Shown here: piece by piece, positions 52,656-64,000 of the stretch
How positions within the stretch are numbered: the first letter of the stretch is position 1
Layout: each line of letters begins with the position of its first letter
Source of the DNA: Octopus sinensis
Lineage: Eukaryota
Direction of reading: 5' to 3'
DNA length: 64,000 bases
Assembly (NCBI RefSeq): GCF_006345805.1
Contig: NC_042998.1
Coordinates: forward strand, 185,194,001-185,258,000
Translations under genes and position numbers: made by a program
Notes under the pieces: model-generated
Databases searched by the model: none
Told to the model about the DNA's origin: nothing
What the model saw: the letters and a program-made list of their open reading frames with translations, nothing else

Positions 52656-53794
52656 TTAATTATAATTATGTTTATAATTATAGCATGTTTGTATAATTTT
52701 ACCTAAAACGGTTATTTTAACGTCCCGATCTACTTAGTAAAATTATTAATTATTAATTGATTAATTGATTAATTATCTAATTTGCCCTTTTATTATATAT
52801 ATATGAGTAGCTACTGCAGTATCGTTACTCAGTTGCTCATTTCGCTTTTAAATGAGTAGTCGTAGTGAGTTACAAAAAATATTAATACATCCAAGGAAGA
52901 AGAAATCAAGAAAAAGAATACTTCTGAAATATTTCTATATTTCTGTAGGTTTGATAGGGCTAATAAAACGAAACAGTGGCTCACTTTGCAGTCAATTTGT
53001 TTTTCAACTCATCGTCCTTCTGTTTTCCCTCTCGTATTTGGTTTCTCTCTCTCTGTCTCTTTCTCTCTCTATCTATCTATCGCTTCCTCTTACCTCTCCT
53101 TCTTCAACGGTTCCAAAACAAAGCTATCTCCGTGTTAAGTTGATTCAACATGAAAGATAATGTCAATAGAAGTTAGATATGCTAAGTTAATCAGAAAACC
53201 GTAAGTGGTTTAAAGTTAAATACGCTAAATGTCAATGTCAAAGTTAAGTCAATGTCAAAAGGAGTCAAGTGCAAAGACGTGACACTTAAATACCTTCCAG
53301 CAAATGTGAACGAAAATTGACAGAAGCCATTGTCTGAAGGTGACAATAAGAGACAGCATTTGAAGGGAGTCTTTTCACGCCATGAAAATAGCGAACACGC
53401 AGTGGTTTTTGCTTTGAGAGCAGCATTTCTCTACTACGAGAAATAATGACGACGGTAGCAAGTAGGATAGAATGACGAGATTAAATCTCGGGATCTTTCT
53501 TGCTAAGTTGCAACAAAATGTAAAAACTTAACCGATAATATAGCTTTCTTTTTCGTCTCCTGTTATTGACTCTGTGACATGGGTGAGATGCAGTATTCTG
53601 CCACTAGACAGAGACGAATAATTCAGTGACATCGTGTATTGAAGCAACTGGAAATTGGTGAGAAGTTTCAAGATTTTACTGTGGAGAGATGATAGTCTTC
53701 TGACGTAAGGCAGAATAAAAATAGGACTTGAAAGAAAATGAATAAATTATAGCGAAAAAGTAAAAAAAAAAGCATAGATTTTAAAATATTGGTA

Positions 53795-54004
53795 AAAAAA
53801 TTAGGCACAAGGCCAGCGAGTTTTGAGGGAGAAGCTAAGTCGATTAAATCGATCTGAATTTTCAACTGGTATTTATTTTATCGACCCTGAAAGAATGAAA
53901 GGCAAAGTCGATCTCGGTGGAATTTGAACAGCAAACATAAAGACGGACGAAACGCTGGTAAGCATTTTATCCGGCAAGCTAACGATTCTGCCAGCTCGCC
54001 GCCT
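53795..54004 (-). mobile_element. SINE B, old tail type
   Basis: ggcacaaggccagc...gaatgaaaggcaaagtcgatctcggtggaatttgaac...ctgccagctcgccgcc. Confidence 0.85.
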
Positions 54005-56459
54005 TATGATTTTAAAATATTAAAATTAACAAAGAAGTTTTAAATCAAACATTTGAAATCTTTAAATGTATCATTTTCTGTTTGGTTTAAGTACAGATTT
54101 CTGACAATCACAACCGACAGCTTAACGTGGAAGGATATAGTTAACTAGCTTGGCCCGTACCGTCAAACATGACGGTTAATTGTAGTATTCTATATATAAA
54201 AAGGTATAAAAAGGTGAAAATAAATCAAACAGTGCTTCAACTCTGTGCGTGCGGGCGTGTGTGTGTGCGTGCACGCGAGCATATGTATATATTTAAATGT
54301 ATGAGTAGCACAGTCTGTAGCGAACACGATTTTCTATACTTTGTCACAGCCCGCTCCCTTCCTTTTTAAGTGTGTCTATTTATAATATATATCTATGTAT
54401 GTATGTATGTATGTATGTATGTATGTATGTATGTATGTATGTATGTATGTGCAAATGCGCGTCTGTAATTCTATTTTCTATGTATCTTTCTAAATAAACA
54501 TACACAAACACATATAGACTCACTCAAATTTATAAATATATTTTACACAAACACACACACACACATACACATACACACACATTTACAGTCCTCTCTTTTA
54601 CACCCACACACATTTACTCATACAGAGTTGAAGCACTGTTTGATTTTTGTTTCACCGTTGACATTTCCCTATCCCACTTCCATCGGTGGATCACCCCTTC
54701 CTTTCTCATTGTGACGGAGAAATACACAAGAGTATTATTATAGTAGATTAATATAGTAGAAGATACACGACGATCTCTTTGACACTTCCTCTTACTCATT
54801 GCTATTACTGCCTCTCACTCCCTCTCAGTCATAGCTATTACTCTCACTACTTCTCCTTCACTGAATTACTATTTTCTCTCCTCTCCCTTCACCTTTCACT
54901 CCTACTGCGTGATTTTGGACATATATATATGTATATGTGTGTTTGTGTGCGCGCGCGTGTGTGTATGTATGTGTACAAGTATATAAAAACACTATGCCCA
55001 ATATTACATTAGGAGATTAAATCATCAGTTTAAGTTGCAATTTATTTTATTGACTCCCCTACCACCAAAAGGATGAAAAGTAATGTTGACCTTGACAATG
55101 ATTTGAACTCGATTAAAACACTAAAAGCATTGTTTAAAAGGCGCAGTACTACAAATTTGGTGATAGAACAATATCTATTAAAAGGTACCTATTTTAATAA
55201 TGTCGATGAGATATGGTCTTAGAACGTAGAAGAATGCAAAAAACATAGTAAGACGTCTTACCCACTACTCTACCGAGTCTGTCAATGCATTGATTTTTAA
55301 ATCTTATAATTCTGCTTGTCATTACGATACTTAGCCCGTCGGTAACGCTTTCGCGTGATTAGAGAGAGAGAGAAGGAGGAAGAAAAGAAAAGAGAGAGAA
55401 AAGAGGAAGGGAGAAAAAGAAAGAGAGAGAAGCTTCTATGACATGAGGTAGAGAGAATGTAATTGTAACGCTTTCAAAATTTACTGTAGCATAATAGTGT
55501 TTCATCACTGTCGTATGACGGATAATGTTGGGAATATTTTTACTACAACGAGTCATATCTTAAATGCTTAGGACCAAATTAAGTGATAACTAAATACATA
55601 TTAACTTCACAAGACATATCTTATTTCACTTAATCGAGGCATTTACTCATAGAGAGAGCTTTGCATTAAATAGAAATTTCAATCTGTGTACCACAGTAAA
55701 GCATAAGCGTCATTGAAAGCCTAATTAACTGCGGTATTCGTACTGAGATAGCAACTCAGAGACGTAAATTGTTAAAAACACACAAATATATCAGTAGCAG
55801 ACGGAAATGGTCCAACAGCGGTGGTGGTGGCATTGCTAAATGCGCAATGACCAATGTCTATACGAAATGAGTTAACGAAAAGAATACATCTCAACTATAC
55901 CCATGTATAGAAAGTGTACACATATTTACGTTACAATAAACTTCCGGGATATCTATATGCTTTCGCGACCACTAGCTTCTTCAGGTGCCGTAGGAAGATA
56001 CATTCCTGTGAATCTTTAATATAAATATCAGTCAATCACGAAGGATTGAATATAAAGTGACCAAAACGTACAAGAGAAACGAAGCGAGCACGTTTATATA
56101 CAACTGAAAAAAATACTGTCTTTCCAAGATGGAGAGAAAATATATATATTCGTCTAATTACGGCACTGTTTCCATCAAAGTTAAAGACATCGTAAAAATT
56201 TCAATTGATATTAAAATTTGCATTCAACCACAATGTTCATCTTTGTATATAATTACGAATGTGTGAAACGAATCGAAATGTGCATTGATATCTAGATATA
56301 TCGTTTGTAATTATTTATTGCTGTATTCATAGACTGAAGTCGTTCATTTGTGAATTTATAAAAATCTGCTATTACAACTGCCAATTAAATGAAATTAAAT
56401 TTAACCTTACTGTTAAATGAATTAAAAGTTTAATGGTGTATTACATAATTTTCCAAAGA

Positions 56460-56531
56460 CCTTAATGTATATGCATATATATATGTATGTATGCACGTAT
56501 GTATGTGTGTGTGCGTGTATCTATCTATATA

Positions 56532-56582
<51 letters not shown>

Positions 56583-56692
56583 TATACGTATATATATATA
56601 TACATATGTATATATTTCTCTTACATATATATATATATATACATATGCACCCTCAACCACACACGCACACACACACACACACCACACCACAC

Positions 56693-56774
<82 letters not shown>

Positions 56775-56815
56775 ACATATGTGTGTGTGTGGTGTGTGTA
56801 TGTGTATGAGAGAGA
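56460..56815. repeat. (TA)n/(GA)n/(CA)n compound microsatellite
   Basis: Directly visible. Confidence 0.9.
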
Positions 56816-57400
56816 GAGTAAATTTGGCCCGAGGCAATATTTTTTCTGCTTGTAAATAATACCAAGTGGTTATATAGTTAAATAGTTAAACACAAGTGAT
56901 TGTATACGTATTACGTCACACAACACCTTACTTTTTGAGGCTGGAACTGTCATAAATGCTTTGAATTGCGCTTGTTATTGCACCTAGACGAACTTAAAAG
57001 TAGAAAATAACACCCTAAATCTTTTTTCTTGCCACACTTAAAGCTATTTGGTTGCAATCGTCAAACGTGTTTTAGTTACTTTAGAAATAACAAGACAAAA
57101 CATTTCTTTTCAAATTGCTAGGTCTGTTTCCCATTTCGTATGAGTTAAGTTTCTGCCTGAATTTCGATCTATTAAGTGTATCACTGCAGAAGAACACCTG
57201 CATGTTGTGTAAACATACGATAGGTGCCAGCTTAAAGACAATGAATTTGTGAGTTTTCTTTTATTGCACATTCACAGCAGCGTCTGTGATTTTGGCGCAA
57301 TGCTTTCCGGTGTCTAATTTAACCCATTACCTATCCTATGTTTCACGTGTGATATACAGGACATATTTTCCGGGCATCCAGGCATCATATATGCATTATA

Positions 57401-57630
57401 GGCGGTGAACTGGTAGAAACGTTAGCACGCCGGGCGAAATTCGTAGCCGTATTTCGTCTGTCGTTACGTTCCGAGTTCAAATTCCGCCGAGGTCGACTTT
57501 GCCTTTCATCCTTTCGGGGTCGATAAATTAAGTACCAGTTACGCACTGGGGTCGATGTAGTCGACTTAATCCCTTTGTCTGTCCTTGTTTGTCCCCTCTG
57601 TATTTAGCCCCTTGTGGGTAGTAAAGAAAT
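57401..57630 (+). mobile_element. SINE B, young tail type
   Basis: Full length; TSD atatatgcattata (57387-57400) and atatatgaattata (57631-57644). Confidence 0.93.
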
Positions 57631-58096
57631 ATATATGAATTATATTCCCATTTTTTTGCAACCACCAGAGTAACTTCGGACTTTAGAGAGGAAAGCTCTG
57701 TAATACTCAGAACGTATGAAACAAGGGTCAACTAAATTTTGAAACCAAGCTTGGAAGTTTGCGACAGATTTATGGAAATGTTTTGGAGAGTTAATATATT
57801 TACTATCTATGCTTCCCTGGCAGTAGCACAACTAGTTAGTGGACAATAAGTCGAATATTTTAACATATAAGGCTTCCGTTTGTTATTGCTGACTATGTAT
57901 TTGCACCTATATGTACAGGCCTTGTCGGGGTTCAGTTTTGTGAAAGATTAGCTGTTTTCCATGCATGCAAGTCTCCTCTTTCAACGCTACCGATGTTGTC
58001 CAAAGGAAAGCAAGGCAAGACAAAGCGAATAAAGCTTGGCACTGGTGGTGTCCAGGCATTGCTACAATATCGCAAAGAGGTGGAACAGATACAGCA

Positions 58097-58466
58097 GAGG
58101 CGCAATGGCCCATTGGTTAGGGCAGCGGACTCGCGGTCGGAGGATCGCGGTTTCGATTCCCAGACCGGGCGTTGTGTGTGTTTATTGAGCGAAAACATCT
58201 AAAGCTCCATGAGACTCCGACAGGGGTGGTGGCGACCCCTGTTGTACTCTTTCGCCCCAACTTTCTCTCACTCTTTCTTCCTGTTTCTTGTCCCCGACTT
58301 CCTACGCAACCGCTGAGCCTGGGTGCGCATTCATCCATCCGTCGATGCTCTCGGTGTCGTGGGTTGACCTGATCTCTCTTCTGCAGGTCTTACGAATAGC
58401 AAAGGACCACGTTTCGGACTTCTCCCATCTTGAGATCTCTGGGATGAAGACCGTTCGCTCAACAGC
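58097..58466 (+). mobile_element. tRNA-derived SINE family C (single copy here)
   Basis: tRNA-like head ggcgcaatggcccattggttagggcagcggactc...ggtttcgattcccagaccggg (A and B boxes); perfect 13-bp TSD aacagatacagca at 58084-58096 and 58467-58479. Confidence 0.85.
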
Positions 58467-58513
58467 AACAGATACAGCAAGGCATCTTGTCCGACGATCA
58501 AACAGATCCACCA

Positions 58514-58570
58514 AATTCTAATTCTAAAGGGTCGAAACAAACCCGAGCAACGCCAGGCGATACTGCTAGT
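58514..58570 (-). mobile_element. 5' terminus of a family H2 Helitron-like element
   Basis: Reverse complement actagcagtatcgcctggcgttgctcgggtttgtttcgaccctttagaatt matches 50478 onward. Confidence 0.75.
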
Positions 58571-59598
58571 TATTTACTAAAATTATCTAACATAGCTACA
58601 AGAGCAGATATTTTGGAAGAGGTAACAGTCGATTAATTCAACTTCTATACATGGATGATTCTTATTTAATCGGTTCTCTGAAGAGTGGCAGAGTGAACCA
58701 CAGCGAGATTTGAACTCAGCACGTATTTGTATAACACAAGGCATTTCATCCGTGGCACTTCAGATTCTGCTATTCTTCCGCACTTAACCAATCCGCTGTT
58801 TTATTAATAATGGGGAATAGAAACCGAGAGAAAAGGGGAAGGAAGGGAGAAAGAGAAGCAGAAGACGAGAAAGAAAGAAATAGAAAACAATAAAAGACTA
58901 GTATTTGTGATTGAGTCCAAACGAGTTGTAAAACGTATAAGTGAATGATCATCTTTTGCAACGGTCAGTTTACAAAAGATTCAGCGAAGCGTTACGCTCT
59001 CGCTCTCTCTCTCTCTCTCTCTCACCTCTTCTATCTCTCTCACTCTCTCTCTCTCTCTCCTCTCTCTCTCTCCCATTCTCTCTCTTTTTCTTTCTCACTC
59101 TCTCTCTCTCCCTCTCTCTCTTCCTCCCTCTCTCTTTCTCTCGGCATATATATATATATATATAATGCTGGACTTCTCGAAGTCGGTGAATGGTTGGCGA
59201 AGGCGGGAATCGCCGAACGATGATTAACAGACGTGATTGATGAATATCAAAAGAATTCTGCTGGCACTAAAACTAGAAATGGTTCTCGTTTTGATCTGTT
59301 TTTCTTGTATTTTTGTTTTTGCTTTCTTTTTTTTTCTCTATAGCTAGCAGCATTCGAATTGGTGTTAAGAGTGGTATCCTCGTAGTTATCACTGGTGGTG
59401 GTGGTTGTGGTGGTGGTGGTGGTGGTGGTTTTGGTGGTGGTGGCGGCGCTGGTGCTGGTGGTGGCGATGGCGATGGAGAGGCGATGTTTTTGTTGTCTTG
59501 GGTTGATGTGAGAAATTTTGTCTCTTAATATTCCAATAATCAATCGCTTTTAAGTTCTTAACAATTTGTAAAGTATCCGAAGATAGAAAGAGACTCAC

Positions 59599-59760
59599 CT
59601 ACATATGTGCGTTCCATTAACCTAACGTGGACTTCGGCGTTCCTGTCTGTCTGTCTTCTTTTTCCCCTTTTCCCTTTTATTTTTCTTTTATTTCGTGTGT
59701 TTGTGTGTGTTTTCGCCTGAAGATCGCAATGGCGTGAAACTCGAGTCGCGAGATAAAATT
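59599..59760 (-). other. Candidate non-coding (5' UTR) exon ending at a perfect splice donor
   Basis: Minus strand ...catatgtAG|GTGAGTct at 59599/59598; CpG-retaining unique sequence. The 5' boundary is a guess. Confidence 0.25.
59711..59753 (+). ncRNA. Minimal type-I hammerhead ribozyme-like motif
   Basis: Stem I tttcgc/gcgaga; core CTGAAGA (59717-23); stem II cgc-aatg-gcg; GAAA (59736-39); stem III A-T, C-G with a palindromic TCGA loop; cleavage triplet GTC (59745-47). Confidence 0.7.
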
Positions 59761-59802
59761 TCTTTTCATTAAACTTTATGGGTGTGTATGTATATATGCA
59801 TG

Positions 59803-59840
<38 letters not shown>

Positions 59841-60043
59841 ATATATATATAGATATATATTATATATATATATCTTAAAGCTCATCGTATATATTCATTA
59901 ATGCATGCATGAATGTGCGTGTGCGTGTGTATGTATGTGTATGCATATATGTATTGTTTTGGTTTATCACCTTGCATTACAAAATGTATATATGTATACA
60001 AAAATGTATGTGCTTATGCGTGTATATATATATATACTATTAC

Positions 60044-60099
<56 letters not shown>

Positions 60100-60827
60100 G
60101 TCTATATACATATATTTCATATACACACGCACACACACACATACTCACATATGCTTGTGAAAATGTATATATGAATTATATTTAGAAATGTATGTATGTA
60201 CGTATTTATGCATATGTTTGTATATATTTAGTATATATGCATGCGTGAATATCTAGGTATTGTGTGTGTTTGCGGTGTATTGCGATGGTTAGTGTGATGT
60301 GGTGTCTGGTGTACAGTGAATGGAATAGAGGGTAGAATAAAGGTGGATACGAGGTGTGGAAGGACAGTCTGTGTTAATGGTTTGTGTGTTTAAGCGTAAG
60401 GACGTTATAGATAAATTTTGGTTGAGTTGTATTTTTATTGTACTGTTGTTTGTTTGTTTTTTTATTTCTTCGTTATTATTGTTATAGTTGTTCTTTTTGG
60501 CAGCCGTTTTCTTTTTTCTTTTTTTTCTTTTTTCTCCTTTTTTTTCTCCTCTTGGAATCCCCGGATATTAGTCCCGTGGTCAGCGGTTGCCAGGCAACAT
60601 TTTTCGCACACACATTTCTTCGATTCTTGTTACGCATCACATACAGCAGAAGAGCAACGCGCCATTCTTGTGGAACCTAAACACTCACAAAGTCTTCAAC
60701 TAAGCATCATCTACTATCGTATTCTTTCGTATTCTTTCGTATTCTTTCGTTTTTCTTTGCTTTTCTCTTCGTTTTATTTCATTCTTCTTTTCACTTTGCC
60801 TTTTCTATTTCTTATTTATTTAAATAT

Positions 60828-60858
<31 letters not shown>

Positions 60859-61014
60859 TTCATTCATTCATCTACTTATGTTTGTATATATTTTTATTTA
60901 TTTATTGTTGATATTTTGGTAACGGAGTCTGCAGACGACATTGGATAGCGGCTGTTGCAATGAATTGAAAGAGCGACAAAATGGGAAATACAAAATTCTA
61001 TGTCAAGAGAATTC

Positions 61015-61032
61015 GGATTATTATTATTATCA

Positions 61033-61077
<45 letters not shown>

Positions 61078-61099
61078 TATTATTATTATATCATTATTA

Positions 61100-61145
<46 letters not shown>

Positions 61146-61156
61146 CATCATTATTA

Positions 61157-61190
<34 letters not shown>

Positions 61191-61899
61191 ATTATTATTA
61201 TTATCATTATTATCATTATTATATTATTATTATTATTATAATTATTATTATTATTGTTATTATTATTATTATTTTGTTATTATTATTATTATTATTGTTA
61301 TTATCATTATTATTGTTATCATTATTATTATTTTCTTTCATTTCCTTTTTTTCTTCTTTTACTTGTTTATTATTTATTAACTGTGTTATTTTTATTGTTT
61401 TTTGCTTTTGGTAGGGGGGGGAGATATTTTTCATATTTTATTTTTACTGAAAAAATATTAGCTGTTTCAATAGAAGCAAAAAAAAATATGATTCTAGAAT
61501 TTCAAAAAAAAAAAACTTGTCAAACGGAAACGGTTAAGAAATTCTTTAAAACAAACAACATAAATGTATTTTTTTAAATAGAGATGTTGACATGTTAACA
61601 ATCAAGCAGATTTCTTTAAGTTTCTTTGAAGTGTTCTACATCAATTTCTCACTTCTCTTCACTACTCGCTACTCGTACATAGTCTGCACTCTCCCCCTTA
61701 CTCTCTTTTTAGTGTCTCTTTCAACTTTTTCTAAAAACTCTTCTTTTTCGAACATTTTATTTATTTATGTATTTAAATCATCATCATCTTCATCATCATC
61801 ATCATCATCATCATTATTATTATCATTTTTATTATTATTATTATCATTATTATTATCATTGTTATTATTACTATTATTATTATTTTACTATTATTATTA

Positions 61900-61934
<35 letters not shown>

Positions 61935-61954
61935 TACTATTATTATTATTTTAC

Positions 61955-61991
<37 letters not shown>

Positions 61992-62007
61992 GTTATTATT
62001 ATTATTA

Positions 62008-62054
<47 letters not shown>

Positions 62055-62142
62055 TTACTATTATTATTATATTATTATTATTTATTATTATTATTATTAT
62101 TATGTATTATTATTATTATCATTATTTTATTATTTATTATTA

Positions 62143-62178
<36 letters not shown>

Positions 62179-62275
62179 TCATTATTTATTATCATTTTTA
62201 TTATTATTATTATATTATTATCATCATTATTATTATTTTATTATCATCATTATATTATTATTATTATTATTATTA

Positions 62276-62310
<35 letters not shown>
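61015..62310. repeat. Two long (ATT)n/(ATC)n arrays (about 61015-61340 and 61775-62310)
   Basis: Directly visible; source of the poly-I/Y/L ORFs. Confidence 0.95.
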
Positions 62311-62771
62311 CCTCTCTCTCTCTCTTTCTCGCCCGTGCGCGCACGTTATTCCAATGAAGCGTTAATTTTCGATTTTTCTCATTCTCAAAACCATTTCTCT
62401 AAATTTCGTTTCTTATCTATTAATATTCAATGAAAATATATCTACTTACTTTTATTCTTGTTTCCTTTACTTATATTTTTTCTTATTGTTTTTGTCGTGG
62501 CCTTGTGCCAATCTAAGAAATCACATTCATTGTTATAGTTTTTTTTGTGCTTATTATTCAGTCCCAGTAATACTTATTACATTGTTGTTGTTGTTGTTCC
62601 TCCTCTTCTTCTTCTTGTTCTCCTTCTCTTCCTTCTTCATAATAATCCTCCCCCTTCTCCCCTCATCAGCTTTAAAACTATCATCGTCAAGCATCGGGGA
62701 TAATTTTCTCCGAATATGACAATGTGACACGCATAAATAACTGCTATTATTTATGTAGATAGATGTTGTTA

Positions 62772-62832
<61 letters not shown>
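62772..62832. repeat. (GT)n microsatellite
   Basis: Directly visible. Confidence 0.95.
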
Positions 62833-62834
<2 letters not shown>

Positions 62835-64000
62835 CGTCTGTGAGAGAGAGACAGAAAGAGAGAGGGGGAGAAAGACACTTACATAAATGTGAATGTATGG
62901 GGTCTGATATGCTAAAAGAAAAGGTATTACAATGAAATGCCACTTAAAGAGGCAATATAAGCAATGTGTGTGTGTGTGTGTGTGTGAGCGTACGTGAATG
63001 TATAAAAATATAAAACATACACACACACGTGTCAGGACATATAAATTTAAAGGTGTAAATATATATATATACATATGCATACGTGTATGTGTATGTGTGT
63101 GTGCGTGCGTGCGTATGTGTGCCATTGTAACTTGGCAGCCATGTTCTACAAAGAGGAAACATGAAATCAAAAGCGTATGCTATATGTATTGCTTTCAGTT
63201 AACGCTGTAAAAATGTTTTGAAGATTCATTTAAAATAGTTAATTTAAAAATTAATGTCTTATGTATTATGAATGCTTTACGTAGAAAAATGTTAGATCAT
63301 TACCAGAATGATAATTATCCTTACAATCAAAGCAGTATTTCTCTACAAGTATCCATCTGGTGTTTGGGGTAATCATCTTAATGTTTAATATAATGATGCG
63401 TATAATTAATAATTGGATAGAAACACATATAATTTATTTCAGAGGATGTTATTGCAAATTACAGAACATTACAAGCAGATATTATTTTAAATACATCTGT
63501 TTGTACCACAGTGAATACGAGCAGAACATTCCGAGCGTTTAGGGAGCTAAATCTAAGATAAAACGAGTTCATCATATATTGGACAGTTACCTAATGAGGC
63601 GTGAGTATAAATACATTGTATTTTTGAGCGGAAGATGTAATTCGGCACAGCTTTAAATCTTCAGAATTTTCTTCGGGGAAAGTTAGCACCGTTACACTAT
63701 CTTCCTAGTCAGTGGAGATATTCACATCTCATTTGCTTAAGTTATGTATTTGAGAACGAGTTCTGTGGTTCGAGATTGAAGTAAACCAACTGACTCTTAC
63801 ATCAAATTTGCGTATTACAGTTAATTGCTTAATGAAATTTTCGACTCGTCTAATTATTGGGTAAGTGGTTGAATATTCTATAGACACTCGTACTCTTGTA
63901 ATTTTCATGCAGAATCAGTATGAAAAAAATTGGGCTCTCAAATCTCAAATTCAGTCCATATGACATCCTTCCCTATATGACCGATAGATGCCCTCTTTCT

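Noticed and set aside
58097-58170. Possible tRNA gene
   Set aside because: A and B boxes are present but the acceptor stem does not close; it continues into a SINE body and is bounded by a TSD.

Overview
This is repeat-saturated, AT-rich eukaryotic DNA, not prokaryotic. It is very probably cephalopod (Octopus-like); that call is my recognition of the SINE families and the extreme microsatellite load, not a database result. I can support no host protein-coding exon with confidence. Nearly all ORFs in the supplied track are artefacts of simple repeats. The protein-like segments are decayed transposon fragments: a mariner transposase, an L1/Tx1-clade LINE (ORF2 RT/zf-RVT and a separate ORF1 zinc knuckle), a Penelope-like RT, and two RTE-clade LINE 3' ends. 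Non-autonomous elements include three tRNA-derived SINE families, Helitron/Helentron-like elements (one tandem pair), four copies of a ~430-bp MITE with 29-bp GG-starting TIRs, 8-bp TSDs and internal TTAGGG repeats, and a 95-bp near-perfect hairpin MITE in a TTAA-like site. The most notable observations are a complete minimal type-I hammerhead ribozyme fold at 59711-59753, an apparent SINE/Tx1-LINE shared 3' tail, a recurrent SINE dimer junction, and two Tx1 insertions stacked at one target site. There are also weak hints of a minus-strand host gene (splice donors near 59598 and 14070).
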